The notes under the pieces are model-generated. The model saw nothing but the letters and a program-made list of their open reading frames with translations. It was not told the DNA's origin and did no database searches. From positions 96,001 to 160,000 of the forward strand of contig JBOEGD010000024.1 in assembly GCA_050633245.1 (NCBI GenBank): DNA of 64,000 nucleotides, in the 5' to 3' direction. Below, piece by piece: positions 29,820-40,800 of the stretch (its first letter is position 1; each line of letters opens with the position of its first letter). A program made the position numbers and the translations under genes. The DNA is from Calditrichia bacterium (lineage in GTDB: Bacteria > Calditrichota > Calditrichia > RBG-13-44-9 > J075).

Positions 29820-31460
29820 TTAGCGAACCAGCATCATTTTACGGGTGGCGGTAAATTCATCCGCGGTAAGGCGATAAAGATAAACGCCGCTCGATACCGG
29901 ATAGCCATTGCTATCGCGACCATCCCAGCGCACGCTGTGTTCTCCAACGTCCTGAGAACCGGCAACCAGTGTTTTAACCATCTGTCCCAGTAAATTATAA
30001 ACCTGAAGAGAGACTTCTGTTTGCTGATTAAGGCGATATCGAATAACCGTCTCAGGATTAAATGGATTCGGGTAGTTCTGAGCAAGACTGTAATCTACGG
30101 GCAATAGCGGAATACCTTCACTGTGTTTGTCGGACCATTCTTTATCTCCGATTAACAGTAGTAATTCTCTACTTTCATTTGCCTGTAGCTCAACCGTAAA
30201 GCGCATCTCACCTTTACTTAAAAGAGCTTGTCTGCGCGAACGATCGAGAATGAAAATATCTGAATCCGCAGGCAGTTCACCCTCTTCGGTCAGATCTATG
30301 CTGACTGTAAGTGCTTTCGGCGGCGCCTTAAGCATCAGTTTCCAGCTGCCCTGAAACGATTGCTCAGCGCTGATCTTTTCCATGTAGTGAATGTCATTAT
30401 CCAGTATGGAGAGCTGAATATTTTCGCTGATTGCCGGTGGCTCGCGCAGCTCCGTGTCAACTCCGCTTAAATTCCAGCCAATGCGATTGTGGCTGTCGCG
30501 ATAACGCCCTTCTGCCGAAGCACTAAGGTTTAATGCGTAAACAGGTGCCTCAGTGGCGCGTTTAACGAATTCGCCTTCCCCACCTCCGCCATCTCGTGTG
30601 CGAAAGTTTAGATTAACAGCATTACCTGAATTGAATACAAAATAACCGTTCCATGGTTCCAGGGTGTCTGCAATTGTGAACTCTGTACCGTCGTAGAAAT
30701 AGGGACCTTGTAAATTGCCTTCAGAAGCTACATCAGACCATGCAAAATTAAATGCGAAGGGATTTCCAATCTGATTCCAGCCGGTTTGCAAAAATACATT
30801 TTGCGTTACAGAAGCATCAAGAGTCAGCCCCGAATCGACGTCAAAAAAACCACCGTCTTCGCTAATTAACCAGAATGCGTTGCCGGGAACAAAACGCGCC
30901 GGTATAAGTGGAAATTCCTGATAACCTGTCTGCTTTTCCTCTTGAATATTCGACCAGCGAAACAGGCGCCACTTTTCAATGTCGTACTGTCCAAGATCGT
31001 CAAACAAAACGTCCTCAATGTCTGACGAGCGCAGCTGTAAGGGAACCGAAACCATGCGATAGGTGTTTACCGGAAGTGAGATTCGATTTGTAATATAGTT
31101 GTCTGCGTTTATTCTTACAATTGCAGGGTTGTTATCGTTTGTTCCTGCCGGGACATTGATTGTATTGACGAGATCTGAAAAAGACACGAAGAACTCCAGG
31201 CCTCTTTCAGTCATAAACTCTGATGGAACTGTTGCGCGAAATGTACTTCCGGACTCAACCAGATTTACAATGGTGTAGGTCTGTTCGCCGCCCTGCCGAT
31301 AACAGATGAGGTTGAACGACCAGTCTCCGCTTGTTGGTGGCGTAATGGTAAGGGAATAGGGCTGGTTAATGCGCGGTGGATTATCTTCAATAATCGTTTG
31401 CGCAAAACTCAATTGCAAAAAGAGTAGTAAAAGAAACAATGTCGGGGCAAGTTTCATCAC
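29820..31460 (-). CDS. Secreted protein with FlgD-Ig / T9SS-like C-terminal domain
   Basis: Signal peptide; YRMVSVPL, GWNQIGNPF; LAQNYPNPFNP...SGVYLYRL...KMMLVR. Confidence 0.82.
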   Translation of the reverse strand: MMKLAPTLFLLLLFLQLSFAQTIIEDNPPRINQPYSLTITPPTSGDWSFNLICYRQGGEQTYTIVNLVESGSTFRATVPSEFMTERGLEFFVSFSDLVNTINVPAGTNDNNPAIVRINADNYITNRISLPVNTYRMVSVPLQLRSSDIEDVLFDDLGQYDIEKWRLFRWSNIQEEKQTGYQEFPLIPARFVPGNAFWLISEDGGFFDVDSGLTLDASVTQNVFLQTGWNQIGNPFAFNFAWSDVASEGNLQGPYFYDGTEFTIADTLEPWNGYFVFNSGNAVNLNFRTRDGGGGEGEFVKRATEAPVYALNLSASAEGRYRDSHNRIGWNLSGVDTELREPPAISENIQLSILDNDIHYMEKISAEQSFQGSWKLMLKAPPKALTVSIDLTEEGELPADSDIFILDRSRRQALLSKGEMRFTVELQANESRELLLLIGDKEWSDKHSEGIPLLPVDYSLAQNYPNPFNPETVIRYRLNQQTEVSLQVYNLLGQMVKTLVAGSQDVGEHSVRWDGRDSNGYPVSSGVYLYRLTADEFTATRKMMLVR

Positions 31461-31778
31461 CGATCCTCAATATGGCGTTTGTAAAAATAATGTTATTCTA
31501 TAGCGACTGCTTGGTTTTTACTATCGCTGCTTCTAATATGCTGAAGCTGGTTTTGCAAAGATGTGATGGCCGATAATTGCTAACATAGGCGTGTTGCCCG
31601 TCACCTTTGCCGGGCATTGCATGGGGAGGAAGACTGGCAGGACGCTATTTATATTGCCTTTGCAAAATAGTACGGATATATTTTTTTGAACGCAAACGGG
31701 AATTTGAACGGTGAACGGTGAACGGAGAATAAAAGAAGTATTTTCCTTCTGCCTTCTGTCTTCTAAAAAGGAAAACGA

Positions 31779-34082
31779 ATGCCAAAGAACAAAGGTCTGT
31801 TGCTTTTTATCCTCTTGATTATACTGGGTACGATCATTTTTCATATTCCCCAGTCGATACACGGTGAGGACCGGGTTGTAACCGAGCTTTCTGCCACTGC
31901 AGATGATCTGCGTAGCGCAATATATGAAAAGCGACGGGTTTTATTGGTCTATGGAGATCATGATGACTATAAAAATGCTGCTGAGAAAAAGGTCACGCAA
32001 AGCCGGTGGGTGACAATCGAGCCGCGGACGGCTGAGTCGGTTACCGAAGAGGAACTTCGAAATGAGATCCTTATTCTAATAGGTACACCGGCTGTAAATC
32101 CGCTTCTTGCGGCCTTTTTAGAACATTTGCCGGTTCGCTTCATCCCTTCAGCGTTTTTTTTCCAGGAAGAAGAGTTTACCGGTGAGAGCGATGTGCTCAC
32201 TATGATTTACCCCAACCCCTACCAATCGTCATTGCCCCTGCAAATAATTACCGGTAATTCAGATACAGCAATTTCCAGCGCATTGAAAGCCAGCAGAAAT
32301 CTGTTTCGTCCAAGTGGTGACTATAATGTGTCTCGCGATGGCAAATTGGCGATGATGGGTTTTTTTGAAGTGACTGCCGATGGTTGGGTGCCGGATAAAG
32401 CACGTCAGCGCGATTTTCGTCAGGGAGCAGCAGCGTCTGTACGAAATGGTGATATTACGCTGCATCAGCACGGCATGGCCTTGACGGTAGATTCGCTGCA
32501 AGTTTTGGGAAAGCACTGCGAGGCAGTGTTACGGCAAGTTGCCGCATTTACCGGAAAGCCGACCGGCGAAATTAACCTTCATCTTTATGCGACCGCCGAG
32601 CGTAAGGGATTAATGACTCATAATACGCAACTCTTTCACATTGATCGCTCTTCCGAAAAAGCGGCTCATCTGGTTCATCAGCGTGGGTTGACTGCAGCAG
32701 ATGGTGTGGCAGAGGCCACACTTGCTCTACGGACTGCAATGGGCAAGCCGCGCTTTAGCGCGTTACTTGACGGACTGGCATTAAGTTTTAGCAAAGGGTG
32801 GGGTAATGGAAGGGGAGTGGCTTTTTGGGCACAGCGCCTGCACGATGCCGGAATGATGCCGGAGCTAAGTGAGTTGGTCAATGGAGCGTTTTATCAAAAG
32901 AGTTCGCCATTGGTAATGCCCGTTGCGGCTTTCAGCTTCGTAGCTTTTCTGCGTGCTGAAAAGGGTGATAGCTGGTTGAAAAAAAACTTTGCCGACTGGT
33001 TGCCCGCGGCAGATGAGCTGCTGGTGCTGCAAAGGCAGTGGAAGAGCTATTTGAATTCGCAGTCATCTCATAATAAAAAGACCATTTCGCCAACCAAAGC
33101 CGCCGGAGCCGATCTCAACAGTTTTCATCGTGGATTCTGCTTCGCACATGAAGGCTACTCGATTTATAATGGCTATGGTTCTCAGCTTGCCGATGATGCT
33201 CTTGCCGCAATGGCATCGCTACAAAGCAATGCAACTTCCATAACCCCATTTAGCTATATGAGAAATCCTCAAAAGCCCAGTTTCCTTGATTATTCTGATC
33301 GTGCGGGATCTGAAACGGATGAAAGTGTCATTCATTCGGCGCTTGAAGCACAGCGCCTTGGGATGTCTGTTATGTTGAAGCCGCATATTTGGCTGGGGCG
33401 AGGTAGCTGGCCCGGCGCCATTGAAATGCAAAATGAGGAAGACTGGCAGCGATTTTTTCAGTATTACCGCCGCTGGATGCGTCATTTCGCATTGATGGCC
33501 GAAATGTATGAGATGGAAATGCTATGCGTTGGGGTCGAACTGGGTAAAACGACGCTACAGCGTCCACAAGACTGGCAGCGCTTAATTGCTGAGCTACGTT
33601 TATTGTATCGCGGGAAAATAGTGTACGCCGCAAATTGGGGCGAGGAATTTGAGCAGCTAACCTTTTGGAGCGATCTGGACTACATTGGTCTGAACAGCTA
33701 TTATCCACTAAGTGAAGATCCTGCGGCAAGTGATGAGGTATTGGAAGCAGGAATGAAGAGCATTCTGGAAAAGATAGAGCGTATAGGCAAGCAATACAAC
33801 CGCCCAATTTTGCTCACGGAGATTGGGTTCACGGCAACGCGTTCCAGCTGGCTGCAGCCTCATGAGGTTGCAGGAGGCAAAGAACTTGCACCGGAAGACC
33901 AGCGTCGTGCTTATGCGGCAGTGTTTAATGCGCTGGGTGATAATCCGGCAATTGCCGGTATGTATTGGTGGAAGTGGCCAACCTATTTATCGTATGGAGG
34001 GGTGCGGGATAATGACTTTACCCCAAACGCAAAACCGGCTGAACAGGAAGTCCGGAGCTATTATCGCAAATTTGCGCGTTAG
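31779..34082 (+). CDS. GH113-like glycoside hydrolase with large N-terminal extension
   Basis: C-terminal half has SVMLKPHIW, GVEL, YAANW, TEIGF, GMYWWKW, FTPNAKPAE. Confidence 0.75.
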   Translation: MPKNKGLLLFILLIILGTIIFHIPQSIHGEDRVVTELSATADDLRSAIYEKRRVLLVYGDHDDYKNAAEKKVTQSRWVTIEPRTAESVTEEELRNEILILIGTPAVNPLLAAFLEHLPVRFIPSAFFFQEEEFTGESDVLTMIYPNPYQSSLPLQIITGNSDTAISSALKASRNLFRPSGDYNVSRDGKLAMMGFFEVTADGWVPDKARQRDFRQGAAASVRNGDITLHQHGMALTVDSLQVLGKHCEAVLRQVAAFTGKPTGEINLHLYATAERKGLMTHNTQLFHIDRSSEKAAHLVHQRGLTAADGVAEATLALRTAMGKPRFSALLDGLALSFSKGWGNGRGVAFWAQRLHDAGMMPELSELVNGAFYQKSSPLVMPVAAFSFVAFLRAEKGDSWLKKNFADWLPAADELLVLQRQWKSYLNSQSSHNKKTISPTKAAGADLNSFHRGFCFAHEGYSIYNGYGSQLADDALAAMASLQSNATSITPFSYMRNPQKPSFLDYSDRAGSETDESVIHSALEAQRLGMSVMLKPHIWLGRGSWPGAIEMQNEEDWQRFFQYYRRWMRHFALMAEMYEMEMLCVGVELGKTTLQRPQDWQRLIAELRLLYRGKIVYAANWGEEFEQLTFWSDLDYIGLNSYYPLSEDPAASDEVLEAGMKSILEKIERIGKQYNRPILLTEIGFTATRSSWLQPHEVAGGKELAPEDQRRAYAAVFNALGDNPAIAGMYWWKWPTYLSYGGVRDNDFTPNAKPAEQEVRSYYRKFAR

Positions 34083-34802
34083 TGCGCTATTTTACAATCT
34101 GTTCGTGTTGAACTGAATTTTGAGTGAATCATTCGTTTCTGCACTGCCAAATAGACATGACTTTGGTCACTCGGTATCCCTTCCAACAACCGTTTTACAG
34201 CCTTAAATCCGGCAAAATTTTCTTGCATATTTGTTGTTTTCCAAGTATACTATGCGGTGTCTTATGGCAGAAAAACAAAGCTAACTACTTAAAAAACAAC
34301 ATCAAAAGCGTTTTTTGCCTGAAGCTATACTGCGTCAAAAGGAAATAATTTTCCTACTTTCATAGGAAATTTTGATCTGAAACACATTGGCATGGCAGTA
34401 TTGTTGCGCTGGATAAGTTTATAATAAACAAGGGTTAAAGGTGTTTTTGCCTTGTTTTTAGCACGGTTTTTGTATATCAGTAGGATTATCTAACTAACTT
34501 GCGGAGAGCAATTATCGACCTGATGGATACTGTTTACTACGCATTAACAACGCAAAAAGTTGCGTTGCAATCTACCCAATCATCTTTTTTGATTCCCAAA
34601 CAGTGTGCATTGCATTCTTAAGCTGGATGCGAGTTACTAATCAATTGTTATTATTTAGAATTGATTGAAATTCATTCATGTATAAATAGAGAGACAAATT
34701 AAACAAAAACGTAAACCAGTTGAGGAGGAATCGAATGAGATAACCCCTGGCTGACGTTTGAGCCATCTAATTCACTCTAAGTATAACGGTATGGAGAAAA
34801 AA

Positions 34803-37800
34803 ATGAGTAGAAAACTACTGTTACTATTCATCGTTTTGTCTTTTGCACCGATGGTGCTTTTCGGTCAGTCGACCGGTAAGATTATTGGTGTAATCAAGGA
34901 CAAGGCAAGCGGTGACCCGCTTCCCGGCGTAAACATTGGTCTTGAAGGTACGACCATGGGTGCTGCCTCAGATGCGGACGGGTATTTTGTAATTCTTAAC
35001 GTGCCCGTAGGCGTTTATAACGTTTCCGCTAGTTTTATCGGATACAAAGAAGTAACCCAAACGGGTCTTCGTGTATCTGCATCGATCACGACAGATGTTA
35101 ACTTCACTATGGAAGAAGCAGCTGTTGAAGGTGAAGAAGTTATTATTGTCGGTTCTCGACCGTTGGTAGAGAAAAACGTGACGTCTGGCGTTTCTCTGGT
35201 AACATCGGAAGAGCTGGAGAACATTCCGGTTCGTGGCTTTAATGACATCGTTGCTACGCAGAAGTCCGTTGTTGTTCAGGACAACTTGGTCTATATCCGC
35301 GGTGGTCGTGCTGATGAAGTTGGTTACTATATTGATGGTGCCTCTTCTGTCAACCCGCTGACAAACACACAGTCTATTTATGTAATTCGCGAAGCTGTTG
35401 AAGAATTCCAGGTTCTTGCAGGTGGTTTTACTGCTGAATTTGGTGGTGCTAACGCTGGTATTATTCGTACAGAATTAAAAACCGGTGGAAGCAACTATAG
35501 TTTTTCTGCAGACTTCCAAACAGATAAGTTTGCTGATGAAGGTGAAACGTTCCTTGGAACGAATTCCTTCCGTCATCACAACTTGATTCTCTCCGCCAGT
35601 GGTCCGCTGCTGTCGAATAAAGTGCGCTTTTTTGCCGCTTTTGAGAATGCCTATCAAGGCGACCGTGCCGTTCGTTTTGGCGAAGGTTTTACGTTTACAA
35701 ATCTGACCGACCAAAATCCGAGTGCAGTTGGCACGCCCGAAACGATTGACGAGTATACTTATCCTGATGGTTTTACTCCGCAACGCGAAGAAGAGCAGCT
35801 TGCTTTTCAGAGCACATTGCTTTTTGATCTGTCACCGCTGCAGGTTCGCCTGAGTGGATCCTGGAGTGATCGTTCACGTCAGTTTAACTCTGTATTCTTT
35901 CAGAACCAGGGTGGTTCAAGCCCGGATACTCCGGTGCTGAATCAGTTGAACGATCGTACGTATGACGATACATTCCAGAATCTCTTGCTTTCTGGTAAGC
36001 TTACTTATGTTCTGTCCCCGACCTCGTTGCTCGAAGCGAATTTCAACTACTTCGACTCTAAGCTTGATCGCGAAGACAGCTACTTTGGTAACGACTGGCG
36101 CAAGTGGAATGATAGTACTGCCGTTGCTCAACACACCGGTGGAGAAGTAACGTATGCTTCTCGCTACCGTGCGCAGCCTAACTACCTGTTCAATGGTATT
36201 TATTTTGCACGTAACGGTGCACCTACTTCAGCTTACCGTGTTCAGGATCAGCAGTATATTGGTGGAGCGATTAACTTCCTTACACAGGCTGGCCGTCACC
36301 ACGAGCTGAAAATTGGTGGAGACGTTCGAATGTATAAGCTGCGTCGTTTTGCCGTTGCTACCCGAGCTATCAGTCAGCTTGATGTAGATCAAACTGCCGG
36401 TACTATTGAAAATCTGGACCCGAATGCTTGGGTTAATGCTTCTGCTGTTAATAACTACGGTTATGACATCTTTGGCAACGAGTCTGACTCTGATGAATTC
36501 ACAGCAAGTGGTTTTCAGACTTCTCAGGCACCGAATGAGCCGGTATTTGGCGCATTCTTTATTCAGGACAAGATTGAGTACAATGACCTGATTATTAATG
36601 CTGGTCTGCGTCTCGATTATTTTGACAGCAAAAGCCGCACACTAGTAGACGAGTTAGACCCTGCATTCGATCCGGTACAGCGTATCTTTGATGAAGATGC
36701 TGCCTGGCAGGATAAAGACGCCGCCGTTCAGGTTAGTCCGCGTCTTGGTTTCTCTTTCCCGGTTAGCGAGCGCACGGTATTCTATGCCAACTATGGCAAG
36801 TTCCTTCAGATGCCGGAACTCGAAACTATGTATGCTGGTGTTCATATTTTCAACGATGCTATTTTGGTCGGTGGAACTTCAAATCAGAACCCGGTTGGTT
36901 ATGGTTTGGACCCAATTAAGACGACCTCTTATGAAATCGGTTTCCGTCAGCAGCTTGGTAATGTAGCTGCGTTGGATATCGGTGGTTTTTATCGCAATGT
37001 TAAAGGACAAATTCAGGTTGATAAGATTTTCCCGACCAACTCTGCATTGGGTCCATTTAACGTCCTTACAAATGGCGACTTTGCCACGACAAAGGGTGTT
37101 GAGCTGGGAATTACATTGCGTCGCGTCAACCGTCTGCAAGGGCAGTTCAACTATACGCTCAGTTCCGCACAGGGTACTAACTCTACACGTAACTCTGACG
37201 TAGCTGTTCTTGAGCTGAACTCAACGAACCGTCCGTCTACGATTAGCCCGCTGGACTTTAATCAGGTTCACCGTGGGTCGATTATTATGGATTACCGTTG
37301 GGGCCGTGATGAAGGTGGTCCGCTACTGTCTAACCTTGGTGTTAATGGTTTGTTTACTTTCAATAGTGGACACGCTTATACATATACCGAGTCTAAAGTT
37401 GGTCAGGCCAGCGCCTATGATTCCGGTGTTGACTACATGAACGATACACGTTCACGTCGTGCTCTCGAGCCGATTGGTGCTTCAACCACGCCTTTTAACT
37501 TCAACTTCGATCTTCAGTTGGATAAAGCGATCAACGTTATCTCCAGCGTAGAGACGAAGCTGTATATGCGTGTAAACAACCTGTTTAATACGAAAAACGT
37601 AATTAACGTATTTAACAACACAGGTTCTGCTACAGATGATGGTTTTATTCAGCCAATTGATCAAGCAGCTTCTGAATCTCGTCAAGCTTATGTAAATGCT
37701 TTTGGTGAAGAGTATATCAACACCTACAATGCTGTTAATATTGACAATGGTCAGGCATACTGGGACGTTTTGGGTCTTCAGCTTTTTGATAGCCCGCGTC

Positions 37801-37832
37801 AGATTTTCTTCGGTATAAAGCTTAGCTACTAA
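34803..37832 (+). CDS. TonB-dependent transporter with N-terminal carboxypeptidase-regulatory-like domain
   Basis: GGAG RBS; GKIIG.IKD..SGDPLPGVN, IRGGR, GGFTAEFG, QDKIE, SPRLGFSFP, C-terminal PRQIFFGIKLSY. Confidence 0.93.
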   Translation: MSRKLLLLFIVLSFAPMVLFGQSTGKIIGVIKDKASGDPLPGVNIGLEGTTMGAASDADGYFVILNVPVGVYNVSASFIGYKEVTQTGLRVSASITTDVNFTMEEAAVEGEEVIIVGSRPLVEKNVTSGVSLVTSEELENIPVRGFNDIVATQKSVVVQDNLVYIRGGRADEVGYYIDGASSVNPLTNTQSIYVIREAVEEFQVLAGGFTAEFGGANAGIIRTELKTGGSNYSFSADFQTDKFADEGETFLGTNSFRHHNLILSASGPLLSNKVRFFAAFENAYQGDRAVRFGEGFTFTNLTDQNPSAVGTPETIDEYTYPDGFTPQREEEQLAFQSTLLFDLSPLQVRLSGSWSDRSRQFNSVFFQNQGGSSPDTPVLNQLNDRTYDDTFQNLLLSGKLTYVLSPTSLLEANFNYFDSKLDREDSYFGNDWRKWNDSTAVAQHTGGEVTYASRYRAQPNYLFNGIYFARNGAPTSAYRVQDQQYIGGAINFLTQAGRHHELKIGGDVRMYKLRRFAVATRAISQLDVDQTAGTIENLDPNAWVNASAVNNYGYDIFGNESDSDEFTASGFQTSQAPNEPVFGAFFIQDKIEYNDLIINAGLRLDYFDSKSRTLVDELDPAFDPVQRIFDEDAAWQDKDAAVQVSPRLGFSFPVSERTVFYANYGKFLQMPELETMYAGVHIFNDAILVGGTSNQNPVGYGLDPIKTTSYEIGFRQQLGNVAALDIGGFYRNVKGQIQVDKIFPTNSALGPFNVLTNGDFATTKGVELGITLRRVNRLQGQFNYTLSSAQGTNSTRNSDVAVLELNSTNRPSTISPLDFNQVHRGSIIMDYRWGRDEGGPLLSNLGVNGLFTFNSGHAYTYTESKVGQASAYDSGVDYMNDTRSRRALEPIGASTTPFNFNFDLQLDKAINVISSVETKLYMRVNNLFNTKNVINVFNNTGSATDDGFIQPIDQAASESRQAYVNAFGEEYINTYNAVNIDNGQAYWDVLGLQLFDSPRQIFFGIKLSY

Positions 37833-37871
37833 AAGCATTGGTGATTTAGAACTTAATGCAAGGAGTAATAA

Positions 37872-40800
37872 ATGTTAAACAAATATGCTGCAATTATCGC
37901 CGGGATCATGCTGATTCTGTCCGGTATGCTGTTTGCCAAGGGACCGGAAGGTTCTAAAAGCCAGCAATACAACAAGGGACAGGACGTTCGTGCCAGAACG
38001 CTGATCACGGTTAACAACTGGGAATACTGGCTGCGTAATGACGGTCAGTCCGCCCACACGCCTGATGGAAACTCAGGTGGTATTTATCCTGGTGGAACGG
38101 CTTCTACAATCTATCAGGACGGTATTGTCTGGGGTGCTCGTGTAAATGATAACGATCCTTCCAAGCCGGAAATCCGCGTTGGTGGACAAACCTACAACGT
38201 TGGAACAACTGCCGGGTATGTTGTATCACCCGGACCGAATCCTACACCATCTGAGACTCAGCCTATCTGGCGTATTCGCAGCGATTGGCGTACATTTTTT
38301 GATGGTGCTGACGGAACCGGGGCTCCTGTAATGGGCATTCCTTCAGTTATTTCCGAAGCTTCCGCTCGTTTTCAGGTATCTCCTACAGCTGTATCGGAAG
38401 ACCAGCAGACCGAGATTATCGAGCAGTATAGAACTGACTGGCAAACCTGGCCTACTACATTAGGTGCCCCGTTTTATGATGTGAACGGAAATGGTGCTTA
38501 TGACGAAGGTCTTCAGGAAGATCTGAACGGTAACGGAATTTTTGATCTTGGTGAAACTGAAGAACCTGGTATTGCCAATGCCGATCAGATTATCTGGTAT
38601 GTAAACCATGACCTTGACGAAGGAACTACGGTTTCTCTTTATGGTTCACCTCCGATTGGTCTTGAAATTCGTAATACCATCTGGGCTTATAATCAGCCGG
38701 GTGCCACGCTTGGACAGCTTCTGTTTAAGCAGTATACCCTTATCAACAAGTCTGGATTTCTATTAGACTCTATGTATCTGGCTCAATGGTCCGATCCGGA
38801 CGTTGGTACATTTGGTGATGACCTTGTTGGTTCAGACAGTGTTCGTAGTCTTGGTTTTGCATATTCAGGCTTCTTAACAGATAGTGATTTTGACGCCTTC
38901 GGTCTGCCGCCAGCAGCTGGTGGGTATGACTTCTTCCAGGGACCTCTGGTTGATGGTGTTGCCGGTGAAGACCGCAACCGCAATGGTGTTGACGATGCTG
39001 ATGATTTTGGTATCTTCGACCTTCAGCGTGTAGGCCCGGGTAAAATTAACCTGCCGCAGCTTTCATTTGGTTACTTTGCTGCCGGTAGTGCAATTAGTGA
39101 TCCTGGTCCGTTCGGTGACTATGAAGCGACTGAAGAGTGGTATAATCTTCTGAACGGTTTCTTGCCGAATGACTTCTCTACTCCTTCTGCACCTTTCCTC
39201 GTTGGCTTCGGCCCGCGTCGTGGACAGGCTACAAGATTCCCTGCAGGTGGCGACCCGGTTTCACAAACGGGTGATATTGACGCATTTGGTGACAACCTTG
39301 CACCTGGTGACCGTCGTTTATCCATGTCTGCCGGTCCTTTCGAAATGCAGCCTGGTGATGTGCAGCAGATGACTGTTGCTCTTATCGGTGGTATTGTTAC
39401 CGAAGTTGGTGGAAACAACCGTAATGCCGTTGCTCAGCTTAAGCTGAATGACGACTTTGCTCAGTTTGTTTTCGACAACCTGTTCCAGGGAATTCCGTCA
39501 CCTCCGGCAGATCCGGTTGTAACGGCTGTTCCGTTTGAAAACAGTATTATGCTGGACTTTGGTTCGAATGCTGAGGCTGTAACTGCTACTGAAGCACCGG
39601 ATGCGTTGCTTGGTTTTGACTTCGAAGGCTATAATATTTATCAGCTTCCGACAGCTACATCTACTAAAAGCCAGGCTACCAAAGTTGCTACTATCGACGT
39701 AAACAATACAATTAGCAGCATCAATGCAGCTCAATTTGTGCCGAGTTTTGGTGACATTGTAACCGTTCCGGTTCAGGTTGGTACCAACACTGGTATTAAG
39801 CGCTTTTTCGTAATTGAGCGTGACTATATCAATGGTACACCGCTGTATGCCGGTAATGAGTATTACTTTGCTGTTACTGCTTATAATGCAAAAGATACTA
39901 ACAAAGATGGTCTTGTTGATACAGACGTTCCGGAGCCTTCTCTGGAAAGTGGTATTAACCTGATTACGGTTGTTCCTCAAGGCGATAAGCCGGGTGAGCG
40001 TCGTGCTGTTGCCGGTAGCTTTGCTGATATCGATGTTAGCAGTGTTGCATCGGATGGTGCTATTTCGGTTCAAATTATCGACCCGACCGCACTTACCGGT
40101 GACACCTATGCTATTAGTTTCTTTACTCAGACTGATACGACTTCACCGAATTCTGGTGCAGATGTATGGCAGATGACGAATGAGACGAAAGGTGAAGTTG
40201 TAATCACCGATCAACCTCAGCTTGCCTCTCTTGTTGGAAACGATGACCTGCCGTTCTATGACGGTTTTCAGTTGAAGGTCTCTGGTCCTCCGACTGGTAT
40301 CAACACTACTGCACCGGGCCCGTTTGGCGACATTCCTGCTGACAACAATGGCTGGAACTGGACGAACGGTGACCGCTGGATCTCCGGTACTAACTGGGGT
40401 GGCGTTGCACTATTTGGTGGAATGCACAATGGTACGGAATTCTTTGGAAGTACTATTACTGCTGGTGCAGACTTCGATGATGTTGAACTGCGCTGGGCTG
40501 GTGCTGACCAAGCTACTCAGCCTGATCGCTGGCAGGAAGCTTATGCATACGAGCGTAGCAATGGCTATGCCTTAACCGGAATTGGTTCTGTGCCGTTTAC
40601 TGCATGGAATACCGAGACGGGCGAGCAGCTTACTGTAGCCTTCGTAGAAGATGCAGGCGCTGGTAGCGTAAACAGTCAGTGGGACATGGGCTGGGACGGA
40701 TCTGCTTTCCCTGCACTTGGTGGACGTGAGTATATCTTTATTATGTCTGATCCTTATGGAACAGGCCCATCTGTAACAGATCCATTGTATTCACAGACTG

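Noticed and set aside
31533-31862. 109-aa minus-strand ORF
   Set aside because: It overlaps the start of the GH113-like gene, spans a promoter region and has no recognisable motifs.
34124-34348. 74-aa ORF in the long intergenic region
   Set aside because: No RBS, AT-rich promoter-like composition and no recognisable features.
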